Shown: positions 47,301 to 54,220, counted from the first letter of the stretch. The stretch: DNA of 64,000 nt from a virus (IMGVR_UViG_3300046674_000485:15734-79733), one strand, 5' to 3'. Notes: generated from the sequence alone by a model not told the origin. Program-made: numbers and translations.

Positions 47301-50300
47301 GGTCGACCGGGTCGCCGTCGGCGCCTTCGGTGTGCAGCAGCTCGCCGTAGTCGGCCGTCATCTTGACGGACCAGGGCTTGCCGCCAGGATCCTCGCCGCT
47401 GCGGGTGGTGCCGATCGGGTTCTCGATCTTGAGGTCCATGCCGTCGTGGCGGGCCTTGACCGCATCGCCCTCCTCGCCCGACGACTTGTCGGCGCGCTCG
47501 CGGTACTCGGCGGCGATCTGTGCGCGCGCAAGCACGGCGTCGGCCGCGCCGTCCAGGCGGAAGCGCTGGCGGTGGGCGTTGACCATGTCGAAGGTGCCGT
47601 CGTCGTTGCGCACGACGTGGCGGTAGCCGTTGTCCACCAGCTGCCGCAGGGTCGCCTTGCGCTTGCGGTGCACGGCGGTGCCTGGGCCCGCGGGGATGGC
47701 CACGCGCGGCGCCGGGACGCTCTCGCCGGCGCGCTCGGCGGACTGCTTGACCTCGGCCTCGCGCAGGCTGGCCAGCTCGGTCTTGTCGGCGGCCGACAGG
47801 TTGAACGGGCTCGAGGCTGCGTTCTGCAGGATCGCCATCTGCGCGGCGGTGTAGCGGGCGCGCGCGGCGTCCGCGACGGCCTTCTGCTCGGCGGTGCGCA
47901 GCGCGGGGATGGTCTTCAGCGCAGCCAGCGTGGAGTCGACGCTCGGCGCGACGGCAGCGCGCGGCGCCGGTGCGGCGGCGGGCGGGCCCTGGCGGGTGCC
48001 CTGGCCAACCTCGACGGACGAGCTCGGGCTGCGGGCATGCGCGGCCTCGCGCTCGGCGGTCTCGCTGAGCACCGGCGTCTGCGGGTTGTAGCGCGTGGAC
48101 TCGCGCGGCTTATTGCCGAGGGCGATGCCCGTGGCCTGCGTCAGCTTTTCGTCGGTCGACAGCGGCGCGGCGAGCGTCGGGTCGATGCGGTCGTAGGGCT
48201 TGCCCAGGCCTGCCTCGTGGAAGATCTGCGCTTCCGCGGGCGAGGCGACGCCACCGCGCTCGGCGACAGCCTTGTGGGCGGCGGTGATGACGGCCTGACG
48301 CGGGGCGTCCTCGGCCTTGCGGCTGGCCTCGCTGCCGGCCAGGGCGGCACCCTCGAGGCGCTCCTGTTCGCCGGCCGCAAGGGGTTGCGCAACGGGGGTT
48401 GCGGGGGTTGCTTCAGGGGTTGCGACCGGCGCGCCCAGGCGCTGCTCGCGGTTGGTCTGGGCCTGGGCCTGGGCGGAGGCCTTGTCGGCTGCCGTCGAGG
48501 CGCCGTTGATCTGGTCCTGCAGATCCTTGTCGCGGTCGGCGCCGGCGCGGCGCTCGGACGGCGTGGTGGGCGCGCTGCGCGGCACGTCGGTGGCGGCTGC
48601 CGTCTCGGTCGGCGCGACGGTCGGAGCCACCTGCTGGCCAGCCCACTCCATGGCGAACTCCAGGCGCGACAGGGCCTGCTCGCGCGCGGCGGCCGGCGTG
48701 CTCGGGCTCTGGGCGATCGCGAGGTCGTTGACGAACTTCGTGGCCCCGGCCTTGTCCTCGGCCTGCAGCTTGGCGATGACGCCACCCTCGCGCGCGCTGG
48801 ACGCGATGGCGCGGGCCTTGTCCATGATCGGATCGGCCTGGGGCGCGTTGGCGGCAGCCTCCTGGGCCGCGGCAGCCTGCTCCTGGCCAACCTGCTGCGC
48901 GATGGCGTCGGGCGTGTTGCCGGCCATGGCGGCCTTCGACAGCGAGCCGCCGGCGGCCGCAGCATCGGCCACGGGGGCCAGCGCTGCGGTGCGCTGGTGG
49001 AGCGCGGTGCCGGCGCCGCCGGCTGCGCCACCGAAGGCGCCCACGGCGGCGGAGTCGATCCGCTCCTTCTCAGCTTCGGGCGTGAAGAGATCCTTCTTCG
49101 CGCCGAACTGCTCGATGCCGGTCTGCACGTACTCGGTGCCGCCCTGGGTCACGACGCCCTTCGGCGCTTCGGTGGCGAGGCGCTTGGCGTAGCTGCCGGC
49201 GGTCGAGCCTTCCTTCATGCCCAGCAGGCCCTTGGCCATCATCAGGTCGGCAGCCGTGTCAACGCCGGCGGCGGCCAGCGCGGAGGCCCACACGCGGCCG
49301 ATGTCGACCTGTTCGCCGGTCTTGCCGGCCTGCTCGACGGCGTCGCCGTAGATCGAGCCGCCTTCCTGGCGGATGTTGTTCGCGAAGATGGACGACGCGG
49401 CACCCATCTGGCCAGCGACCTTGCCGGCGGCAGCGGCGCCGATCTGCTCCTTCGTCATGGCCTTGCCGGCCTCGCTGGCGGAGAGCTTGGCCATCTCCTT
49501 CTCGACCAAGCCCTCGGCCAGGGTCTTGACGGCTGCCTTGCCGATGCTCTTGCCGATGATCGCGCCGACGCCGCCGGTCACGACCGACTCGGCCACCTGA
49601 TAGCCCAGGTAGCCGATGGCGTAGGCGGCCCACTGCGACAGGTCGCCGTCCTTGCCGATGGCGTCGGTGAACGAGGAGTGCTCGCCGAACAGCTTGCCGG
49701 CTTCCTTGTTCTTGCCCTCGGCGAACGCCATCAGGTTCTGCTGCACGGCCGGCGCGATGCCGGCGGTGTTCAGGATCAGTGAGCCGACCTGGGCGGCCAG
49801 CGCCTGGGAGCTCTTGGCGCCGCCGAGCGCGGAGTTTTTCAGCGTGCCGAGGAACGTCTTTTCGTCGGGCAGCGCATCGCGCGAGTAGGGATCCACCCCG
49901 GGCTGCTGCTGTGCCTGGGCGCCACCGCCGTCGACCGCGGCCGCACCGGGCTGCACGCCGGCCTTGCGCGCGGCGGCAATGATGGATGGCACGTAGTTCT
50001 GGGTCTCGGCCGGGAGGAAGCGCAGCCACGCGTCGGGCGTGCCGGCCATCTTCGCGCGAGAGAGCGCGGAGGTCATGGCGCCGGGGCCGGCGTTGTAGGC
50101 GGCCAGGGCCTTGAGCTCGTCGCCACCGAAGTCGGCGAGCTGCTTGTTGAAGTAGGCCGAGCCGAGCGCGGCGTTGTAGGCCTTGTCGGTGCGGTAGCGC
50201 AGCTCATCGTACGGCAGGCCAGCAAGGCGAGCGGCCTCGGGCGCCGTCCCCGGCATGACCTGGGCAACGCCGATGGCACCCTTGGGGCTGGTGATGACCT

Positions 50301-50532
50301 TGCCGGCGGCATCGAACTGCTTGTTGCCAGACTCCTGGCCGAGCAGATAGTTGAACAGCGGGTGATCAGCGCCCGCGCGCGGCTGTGCGGCGGGCGCGGC
50401 CGACTGGCCTGCCAGCTCGAACTGGAAGTCGGCAGCCGGGGCTGGTGCCGCCGTCGACTGTGCGGCGGGCGACGCGGCGATTGCGGGGGCTGCTGCGGCG
50501 CCGGGCGCCAGTTCGAATTGGAAATCGCTCAT
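35308..50532 (-). CDS. giant 5074-aa multi-domain polyvalent (DarB-like) virion protein with N-terminal lytic transglycosylase
   Basis: single uninterrupted ORF; residues 55-190 are an SLT domain (ESGN...AIGVAQVMP...AYNAGPG); HELMH zincin motif at 46714-46728; GNAT-like segment near 46003-46215; ParB/Srx-like GHEGRHR near 40453-40665; three repeated modules. Confidence 0.85.
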   Translation of the reverse strand: MSDFQFELAPGAAAAPAIAASPAAQSTAAPAPAADFQFELAGQSAAPAAQPRAGADHPLFNYLLGQESGNKQFDAAGKVITSPKGAIGVAQVMPGTAPEAARLAGLPYDELRYRTDKAYNAALGSAYFNKQLADFGGDELKALAAYNAGPGAMTSALSRAKMAGTPDAWLRFLPAETQNYVPSIIAAARKAGVQPGAAAVDGGGAQAQQQPGVDPYSRDALPDEKTFLGTLKNSALGGAKSSQALAAQVGSLILNTAGIAPAVQQNLMAFAEGKNKEAGKLFGEHSSFTDAIGKDGDLSQWAAYAIGYLGYQVAESVVTGGVGAIIGKSIGKAAVKTLAEGLVEKEMAKLSASEAGKAMTKEQIGAAAAGKVAGQMGAASSIFANNIRQEGGSIYGDAVEQAGKTGEQVDIGRVWASALAAAGVDTAADLMMAKGLLGMKEGSTAGSYAKRLATEAPKGVVTQGGTEYVQTGIEQFGAKKDLFTPEAEKERIDSAAVGAFGGAAGGAGTALHQRTAALAPVADAAAAGGSLSKAAMAGNTPDAIAQQVGQEQAAAAQEAAANAPQADPIMDKARAIASSAREGGVIAKLQAEDKAGATKFVNDLAIAQSPSTPAAAREQALSRLEFAMEWAGQQVAPTVAPTETAAATDVPRSAPTTPSERRAGADRDKDLQDQINGASTAADKASAQAQAQTNREQRLGAPVATPEATPATPVAQPLAAGEQERLEGAALAGSEASRKAEDAPRQAVITAAHKAVAERGGVASPAEAQIFHEAGLGKPYDRIDPTLAAPLSTDEKLTQATGIALGNKPRESTRYNPQTPVLSETAEREAAHARSPSSSVEVGQGTRQGPPAAAPAPRAAVAPSVDSTLAALKTIPALRTAEQKAVADAARARYTAAQMAILQNAASSPFNLSAADKTELASLREAEVKQSAERAGESVPAPRVAIPAGPGTAVHRKRKATLRQLVDNGYRHVVRNDDGTFDMVNAHRQRFRLDGAADAVLARAQIAAEYRERADKSSGEEGDAVKARHDGMDLKIENPIGTTRSGEDPGGKPWSVKMTADYGELLHTEGADGDPVDLYVAPNPRHGAPVFVFDQYNDDGSFDEVKAVVGVTTQAQAEKIYDAHFSDGSGPRRRRAVTQMTVEEFKAWAKNPKTSKKPAAPVVMTAPEPIAPGAQHFTINVNGKQLELQRVRASELPETASAARGGKALRVTKAQAAMLRGIGALFGKKVEFFSDPSNTVGDGFVVPGASGLIYLNEATGISPLAVFGHELMHQLKADNPKAHAALEAVVAARLKTGARKVYTDLGYDQGSVLEEVTSDLGGDLMTDGSFWNDVFAKIRQDNGAQAQGIIAQLAAFINGALERLTKTIRQGNYKSAELVDNMAEIRAAFTTAVADYVRDQGLSQPEMQAQIEQAKQSAARKAVVVEQGGMKDSAVAKVGKRVVGRAHAWNDSNGDFVIMESAVHPDYRQRGIARQMYAQIEEKAGKQLKPAISLSDDAFEFWKRYRPEAVAGDLRHIKDQLVGQRAKKGDNEGMITKASGRGATLTFDDHPQGPGTTATLVGRDDINKALVAAGSEPVVPEGMAVRRSAERETPAEFDKWFGDSKAVGANGKPLVAYHGTAVDLSEFRTGREGTDYPGDIGAWFTAAAASSDEHELADSDARSAAISFSVDAAEESGGEARVMDVFLSIKSPKEYQGHDAFESALKKAGSATALRKALQAAGNDGIVIRDSDTDFGDLRDDWVAFNPEQIKSATGNNGEFDGASGDITQSRQREDFTDPESRIELSTTVPRAKGSEDKSYTENWVIDGDDIRASERHVDAIAKALRTYNTLSGKGNPKKLMAELHEVVVDNLLWLHDLVPADISKRARLWYDGANRIANDWTTKYDITERQAAGVLAVLSPQMDWFKNVSLGERVIDINRNRGREVWTKDMTAWVQSYVGAAKTVKDRDDRARLIADAKRLEGETLESMDLEDAARFTRIFDETYFERRYRLITPEGGFGDYVTKNDDGESSITWGGFSTIGKAVSILRSGSVKNIDKMLGGEHKVRNFYNNIVAPQSEQGHVTIDTHAIAAALVKALSGNTPEVKDNFGTAGSNAETGAGGSYGLFADAYRDAAAKRNVLPREMQSITWEAVRALFPAARKSQLAPKVSAVWDRVKAGELSRAEARNEIFNMAGGMEPMAWEGSDAGSFAADGATSFNSAIADNPADREARILANADTKDRISVTLSAATNSIPGIAELYVKAGKGDKFAHALLQDIAADSLRHLMAGTSAKLVVDRSTGLYGGASEPSLGMTVTFTDNDSNKVLAALAKFADNFNQEQVHVRKPTTAKLGTVFEDGSYATLSYRWDLKQALTAKQIQKVIDESGLYGLTFGDDFVEAYYVGDVNNDEQISAFKQAIERAAERLGKSSSGSEQSVARLWPYGHGEGTIGYERIRGDVAPGPSAASQTARRVAEYLNGQEKVKAFEQAAEVSPEQAALQREIGDAYEALPDNDLKRPQVKRAYTELAKELVTQFKALPIKVEIWKGDGEPYANSKGMRQDILDNNHMFVYGTGPESFGPEGVDFTGHPLLEQTGLEDVNGTPLLMNDLLRTVHDYFAHGMSETQFGPKGEEAAWKNHMATTSNPWARWALTSETRGQNSWVNFRSGLDQSLSAKERGFARQKAALLPVEFSLTGDRKVDKPMKDFIAAMPEKARQGSLPAAKRSIERPQVDTQIDEAGAPEFSSHDLFIGYGNPTERFDYIPADPSREKMYQLQLVEPTTGEFLGYTDLLFVDGKLKALYDIEVNKEGRSKGVGVRAIKTLLASQQNVTLDVSNIVTEARGFWERVGIPQQNLEDGAAYDGKLDWNTFAATRAAADAGRARAADGRGPGALRQGEPGASGEAGQDQGPGSEARLSRDRVTGTPEFKRWFGDSKVVDDQGKPLVVYHGTSGDFSQFSLDAKKGEPTYTHGFYFSPSPGYAAVYGGRDGANVMPVYLSLKHPLVIDQDPVGKVKAVVARVLGMGKRLDRLNKMLSDKTSSAFLTEDDVAELKALGYDGLMNHGRNEFIAFDPTQIKSATGNSGAFDPAQADITRSADRTGTPAFKAWFRESKIVDADGKPKVVYTGTSADVDFKSFKAPKNGIWFTDSTEGASQYAVENDSMGHIFEGGKYVPKNTASRVIPVYLSIQNPKVYAEWPDVIKYASNYKKAQGALWEQLKRAGHDGVVFRDATHGDVFVAFESAQVKSAIGNDGGFDPSKKDITRSRDRAAWDGDRIDQLMSKYAYTQDDNRTKAYAGWVSPKDFLAATTPAAERARLESEATPLDAAELKKQSQEIFLEGKIEDDSPMRGSFKVTGHEGRHRMMALAKAGVERVPVVYYVGTTDDAKPLTSLFATPQRWAHDKAEQGFLTGTLTPISWAHRAELKEKFMRPDASVKFSAEREHLIIHAGSDFDQLDAGYLGKGEGAGGMQIRPLGNGLYGYLARDAEEAERAVKQARAYLKYAPTKERAIHAFRVKLGAGDVQFGQVWDDELQTAADRESRADWAAANEIPAGPERLAAFEALDKKYPRSRLAPTRPFRTEVLSGPNLIEIAANDLSRLERAGKWPAETDDKKIASDLRTMIDDSAAGGEMDFDRAAAILKKGGIALDKTQGVPSLGRPDVYGLRKWGTQEKVDPKTLTGPAALAWERLQAGDAKRSADRGIYYSQLSSALAAVPERLATQAAPAWAQWLKANAGKMGVKADELEWSGVFDMLKMRGRDKISKDELATWVDENGVQVGETVLGRDPSKDAAMREAFAGTGYKIAVDDYGDAAHFIDPDGEDIDYRDLPQHLKDAVNKYGPETVETKYATYTVPGGDNYREVLITLPDDSTTDAIAKRLFGKRWVDLTDEENVAAVKEMKSLPDRPKPYTSGHWDQKNILAHLRLDDRTDADGNKVLFVNEIQSDWGQQAKRIGFAKKLDVTVRKSTDETDDEDTYEVVVAGNVIGFVHADDDALALKKAHRTYGESELTKGAPAGPFVADTKSWVALAMKRALVEAARGDYDKVAFINGKQAADLYSLRKQIDQVVYYDDKTLVARKDGANVFKKQVESDSELDDIIGKEVARKLLDTKRDMNSQRILSGVELEVGGEGMKAFYDGIVPQVARDLAKKLGGKVGETSVGAKKTKYIIEEVWNDTGNVDWVAEVDSRAAAEAKLSAIEEDDDYGESTYRIAEEVEDSAAAAANQLAIDITPAMREQLEGGAPLFSKERTTGHSGRAYTPEQEAMFRNIGRTTEEKSLKERLKEARQDIGKKMAQGLVDQFRPLKDLGGEAYTLARLSKGAAGAFEALLHHGKLKLVDNAYDADMTGGFIEKVGNPLGAELEDFMQWIAANRAEKLSKEDREHLFTAEDIAAGKSLADGQLARPYTMQDGSTTTDRAAAYRDSLEKFNEFNKNTMDMAEQSGLIDGEARKFWESEFYVPFYRVSEEDGAFMGSKIKGGIARQQAFKKLKGGKDKLSSDLLSNTLQNWSHLIDAAAKNRAARATLEAAQNVGVAIEASEDAVREMGKSTGNKNGVVWFMDGGKQRHFLVEDPYVLAAINSLEYAGLKGPLMDALSTMKHWLTAGVTASPAFKVRNLIRDTIQAIGTSGLSYNPVKNIADGLKHSARDSQEYVSALASGGLIRFGTMMDGNASERIRQLVKRGVKESTILNNPEKVKAFYDKFVDPAVQAYHEIGNRGEEINRSALYSQLRKQGVGHAEASLMARDLMDFSMQGTWASIRFLTQVVPFMNARLQGLYKLGRAAQEDPRRFAMVTGAVALVSVALMAAYGDDEDWKKREDFDRDGFWWFKLGGTAFRIPKPFEIGAIATLAERGVELFTNKEFTATRFRDRLLHIASDNLSMNPIPQAVKPIIDVYSNKDAFTGRPIETAGMEKLKSEYRYNSGTSMVARAASTALNSVTSTVGAEGLSPVQIDSLLKGYFGWLGTFVVSGADMAIRPMTNEPTRPEADYLRVVTQGIVRSLPEPSSKYVSSVYEQAKALEQAYATHRQLMKEGKAEDAKAFAKDHAEELARYTKVEHVKQAQAKANQSIHDIERSAASPAEKRDRIQAIRDRQSDNAKAIY

Positions 50533-50543
50533 CGGCTCTTTTC

Positions 50544-52208
50544 TTAGATGTTGTTGACGCGCTTGTAGATCTGCATCTGGGTCGCCTTGTCGACTGCATC
50601 GAAGTCGGGGGACGCCTGGAACTTCGCGAGATCTGCGCGGCTGCCAGTCTTCAGGAGCTCGGCTGCCTTGGCGGGCGCGGCTGCCTTGCGCTCGGCGTCG
50701 GCGGCCTTGTTGTCGGCGGCCATCTTTTCGGCGGCCACGCGGCGCTCGGGAATGGTCAGATTCAGGCCGCCGGCCGGGCGAATGGCGGGCGCCGCGCCGG
50801 GTGCCGAGCCGGGCGCGGTCGCGGGCTTGGCGGCGTCGGGCTTGCCGCCGGGCGCCTTGGTGTAGGTGCGGATCAGGTCGAGCTTGTTGTCGATGATCTG
50901 CATCTGCCGCTGGAACGTCGCGTCGTCCTTGATCGCGCCCTTGGCCTGGGCCTTGAGCTCGTCGTACTTGACAGGGTCGAAGGCGGCGTCGACCAGCGTC
51001 TGGCGGTTGGCCTCGGGCTGCAGCTGCAGCATGCGGCCGACCTCCTGCTGCATGAAGGCCTTGCCGTCCTTGCCCTTCATGTTGGTCTCGACGAACTTCT
51101 CGACCTGACCCGGCTTCATGTAGCCCGAGCCCAGGTTGAAGGTGCGGCCGCCGGCGATGCCGGAGGTGTCCTTGAACGTCTGGTCGATCGTGCCGGTGAG
51201 CGGGTTCACGCGCGGCTCGAGACTCGCCGGATTGGCGGCCGCCTCGAAGGCGATGCGCGTGGCCACGCCAGGATCCAGATTCGGATCGGTGCGCAGGATC
51301 GACGGCAGGTAGGAGTTGGCGCGAGCGCGGGCCTCCGGCGGCTGGTCCTTGCCGTTCTTCTCGAACAGGTCGTCGAGCATGGACTGGGCGACGGTCTGCG
51401 GCGTCGCCGGGCCCTTCCCGCCTTTGCCCGTGCCGCCAGCCCCGCCGGCCGTGCGCGGGCGCATGTCGATCCAGTTGCCTTCGGCGTCTTGCACGAGGCC
51501 GCCGTACGGGCGATCGTTGCCTTCGGCGATGGTCGCGCCGGTCGCGACGTTGATCGCGCGCTCCCCTGGCTTGAGCACCTTCATGTTGGCCTTGTCGATG
51601 GCCGCCCGGTAGCGCTGGTACGGGCCCTCGATGGACTGGGCATTCAGGAAGGTCTCGCTGCCGTCCGGATGCTTCAGGCGGATCGCGGCCTTGGTGATCG
51701 GGTTGCCGCCGACATCGACCATGCCCTCCTGGGCCGGCACGACGTCGGCCGAGACGATCTTCGGCACCTTGTTGAGCGCCGGCATCAGCGGCGTGCGCGC
51801 AGCCTGCTCGATGGAGGCGGCGAGCGCAGTCGGGTCACCGGCCGCGGCGACGGCGCCGATCTGCCCCAGGACCGTGTCGGTGATGGCGGCCGCCTTCTGC
51901 GGATGCGTCATCGCCTCGAGCGCGGTCTGGTGGATCATGCTCTGCGTCTCGTAGGCGCTCTTGGCCTTCGTGACGTCGAGCAGCAGCGGGCGCAGCTCCT
52001 CCTTGTCGGCGAGGTCTGCGGACTGCGAGGCCAGCGCCTGCTGGGCGACGGTCGTCTGGTCCGGCAGCAGCTGCTTCTGCGCGTCGATGCGCTGGCTCTC
52101 CAGGGAGTTGCGCTCCTGCTGGATGTTGTCGGCTTCCTGCTGACGCACGCCAGCCTGAAAACCAACCCCTGCAGCGCCCAGGCCGCCTGCGAATGCACCA
52201 AGTCCCAT
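50544..52208 (-). CDS. virion structural/internal protein, 554 aa
   Basis: ORF track; strong RBS AAGGAAAAG; sits between the Gly-rich protein and the giant gene (T7 gp15-like position). Confidence 0.6.
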   Translation of the reverse strand: MGLGAFAGGLGAAGVGFQAGVRQQEADNIQQERNSLESQRIDAQKQLLPDQTTVAQQALASQSADLADKEELRPLLLDVTKAKSAYETQSMIHQTALEAMTHPQKAAAITDTVLGQIGAVAAAGDPTALAASIEQAARTPLMPALNKVPKIVSADVVPAQEGMVDVGGNPITKAAIRLKHPDGSETFLNAQSIEGPYQRYRAAIDKANMKVLKPGERAINVATGATIAEGNDRPYGGLVQDAEGNWIDMRPRTAGGAGGTGKGGKGPATPQTVAQSMLDDLFEKNGKDQPPEARARANSYLPSILRTDPNLDPGVATRIAFEAAANPASLEPRVNPLTGTIDQTFKDTSGIAGGRTFNLGSGYMKPGQVEKFVETNMKGKDGKAFMQQEVGRMLQLQPEANRQTLVDAAFDPVKYDELKAQAKGAIKDDATFQRQMQIIDNKLDLIRTYTKAPGGKPDAAKPATAPGSAPGAAPAIRPAGGLNLTIPERRVAAEKMAADNKAADAERKAAAPAKAAELLKTGSRADLAKFQASPDFDAVDKATQMQIYKRVNNI

Positions 52209-52217
52209 GTCTTTTCC

Positions 52218-53000
52218 TTAGTCGCCGATGCCGCCGCTGCCGGAGAACATTGGCGTGTACGCCGCGGAGTTCGTGTCGGCCCCCACGTTCGAGTAGGTGA
52301 TGCCGCCACCGCCGCTGCCGATGCCGCCGCCGTTGGCCGCGCCGCCGCTGCCCGAGCCGAGCCAGCTCTGGAAGGCCTTGGACTGCGTGAGGCCACCCAG
52401 GGCTTGGCCGAACTGGCCGATGCCATTGGCCTCGTGGGCGTACTGGCTGTTGGCGGCAGCGATCTGCTGGCCCATCACGCCGGAGCCGGTGGCCGATGCG
52501 GCACCCAGGCCGCTCATGGCGGATGCCGGCATGCCCTTGCCCAGGCTCAGCGCGTTGGTCATCTTGGCGTCGCCGCGGGCGATCACCTTCTCGCGCGCAT
52601 CGTTCTGGCCGGTGGCGGAGCTGGCCGCCTCGGCGAGGTCGATGGCGCCCGATTGCTGCAGGTACTTTTGGCTCTGCGGGTTGACGCCCGACTTGGCCAG
52701 CTGCGAGCGGGCGTTGTTGAAGGCCGCGGCGTTCGCGGCATTCACCTGACCGGCGGCCTTGTTCTGGTTCGCGATCGAGCCGGCACCGCGGGCCTCGTCG
52801 ACGTACTCGTTCTCGAGCGGCGCGTACGTGTCGAGGTATCGCTGCCACTGCTGCTTGGCCATGTCGAGCTGCTGCGCCTCGATCATCTGCTGGCCGGCGG
52901 CGGCCTCCCTGGTGGCGGAGGCCTGCTTGCCTGCGGCGTTGTTGGCCATGACGCCGCCAACGACGGCTGCGCCAACGGCGCCTACTGCTGCAACACTCAT
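52218..53000 (-). CDS. Gly/Ala-rich virion protein, 260 aa
   Basis: in-frame ATG 53000 of ORF 52218..53144; ATGA overlap. Confidence 0.55.
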   Translation of the reverse strand: MSVAAVGAVGAAVVGGVMANNAAGKQASATREAAAGQQMIEAQQLDMAKQQWQRYLDTYAPLENEYVDEARGAGSIANQNKAAGQVNAANAAAFNNARSQLAKSGVNPQSQKYLQQSGAIDLAEAASSATGQNDAREKVIARGDAKMTNALSLGKGMPASAMSGLGAASATGSGVMGQQIAAANSQYAHEANGIGQFGQALGGLTQSKAFQSWLGSGSGGAANGGGIGSGGGGITYSNVGADTNSAAYTPMFSGSGGIGD

Positions 53001-53557
53001 GTGGATGCCTCTTCGAGTTGGAGCGTCTGCTGCAGCGGAGGCAGGGACGCGAGATAGCTGTCGACGGACTTGTAGGTGAGCAAGTCGCCGATCTGGTCGG
53101 AGGTCAGGCCCGACGGCACATCGACCGCCACGAAGGTGGTCCACTTGCAGCGGGTGTGCGCGTACGCCGCGCGCTTGGTGCCTGCGGGCGTCACGACCGT
53201 GAAGCCTGCGCTGACGCGCACCATGCCGTGCTCGCCGAGCATCGACATCTCGCCCTCACTGAGGACGTTGATCTGGGGGTGTCGGTGGATCTTGCCGATG
53301 ATGATGGTGTCGGCCGGCGCGATCATCTCGCGGGCCACCATCCCCGGCACGACGTAGTGCCGGACTGGCATGTCCTGCTGTGGGAACTTCAGGAGCTCCT
53401 GCTCGAGGAACTCGAGGTGCCGCAGCGTGTGGGCTTCCGGCAGGTAGCCGATCGACTCGTTGCCGTAGATCCGGGTGATCATGGCCTGGAGGATGGGCGT
53501 GACATCGCCCTGCTCCTGGGGCAGCTCGATCACTCCGTCATCGGCCAACACGATCAT
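52997..53557 (-). CDS. hypothetical virion-associated protein, 186 aa
   Basis: ORF track; downstream of an internal operator-bearing promoter. Confidence 0.5.
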   Translation of the reverse strand: MIVLADDGVIELPQEQGDVTPILQAMITRIYGNESIGYLPEAHTLRHLEFLEQELLKFPQQDMPVRHYVVPGMVAREMIAPADTIIIGKIHRHPQINVLSEGEMSMLGEHGMVRVSAGFTVVTPAGTKRAAYAHTRCKWTTFVAVDVPSGLTSDQIGDLLTYKSVDSYLASLPPLQQTLQLEEAST

Positions 53558-53593
53558 GAATAGAAGCCCTCTGCGCAGTGGTTGCGCGCGAGG

Positions 53594-53630
53594 ATTCTAC
53601 TTTTTGCGACGCCAACAACACCCCGTTGGG
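53594..53630 (-). promoter_or_regulatory. internal promoter with operator inside the structural module
   Basis: minus-strand -10 TAGAAT (plus ATTCTA 53594-53599) and operator GCCAACAACACCCCGTTGGG 53611-53630. Confidence 0.45.
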
Positions 53631-53671
53631 ATCACTCGCGCCAGAGGGAAACCTGGCTATTTGTTGACTGC

Positions 53672-54220
53672 TCAGGCGATCGTGATGGCTTCGACTTCGG
53701 CGGCCGTTTCGGCTGCGGCGACCAGGGCCTTCATCTGCCAGGACCAGCCGTACAGGAGCGTCCCCCGCTCGGTGATGGCGATGGCGAGGCGGCCGAGCCA
53801 GGACTGGTACTCGACCAGCGTGGCGAAGACGTGGTTGCTGTTGTCGTAGTCGCGCCAGACCATGAGCTCCGCGGGCATCGAGATGCCCATCCCGAGCCGC
53901 TGGGCGATCTCCTGCAGCTTGGCGCTGATGTTGGCCTGGGCCGTCTTGTCGGCGTCCAGCATGGCGCCCTCGTAGGCGATCGGGGCCTCGGTCTTGCGCC
54001 GGCGCGCCTCCTCGATCTCGCTCAGCTTGCGCAGCTTGACGATGTCGACGCTCTCGGGCGCCGGCACGACCGCGCCGTCGACCACCTGGGCGGGCCCCCA
54101 GATGATGTTGTCGGACTGGACGTAGGCCTCGCCGTCGCCCAGATTGATCTGCATGTCCTCTTCAGGGCACTCGACGAAGCGGCGCACGAGGCCGGTGGAG
54201 ATCTCGTAGACGGCGTTCAT
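53672..54220 (-). CDS. putative tail-fibre assembly chaperone, 182 aa
   Basis: in-frame ATG 54220 of ORF 53672..54505; immediately downstream of a tail-fibre gene; size typical. Confidence 0.45.
   Translation of the reverse strand: MNAVYEISTGLVRRFVECPEEDMQINLGDGEAYVQSDNIIWGPAQVVDGAVVPAPESVDIVKLRKLSEIEEARRRKTEAPIAYEGAMLDADKTAQANISAKLQEIAQRLGMGISMPAELMVWRDYDNSNHVFATLVEYQSWLGRLAIAITERGTLLYGWSWQMKALVAAAETAAEVEAITIA

Noticed and set aside
38602-49782. 3726-aa plus-strand ORF antisense to the giant gene
   Set aside because: It is a mirror ORF in high-GC DNA. The translation is Ala/Arg/Gly/Val-rich low complexity with no domain signatures. The sense-strand protein has clear domains (SLT, HExxH, GNAT) and the expected codon bias.
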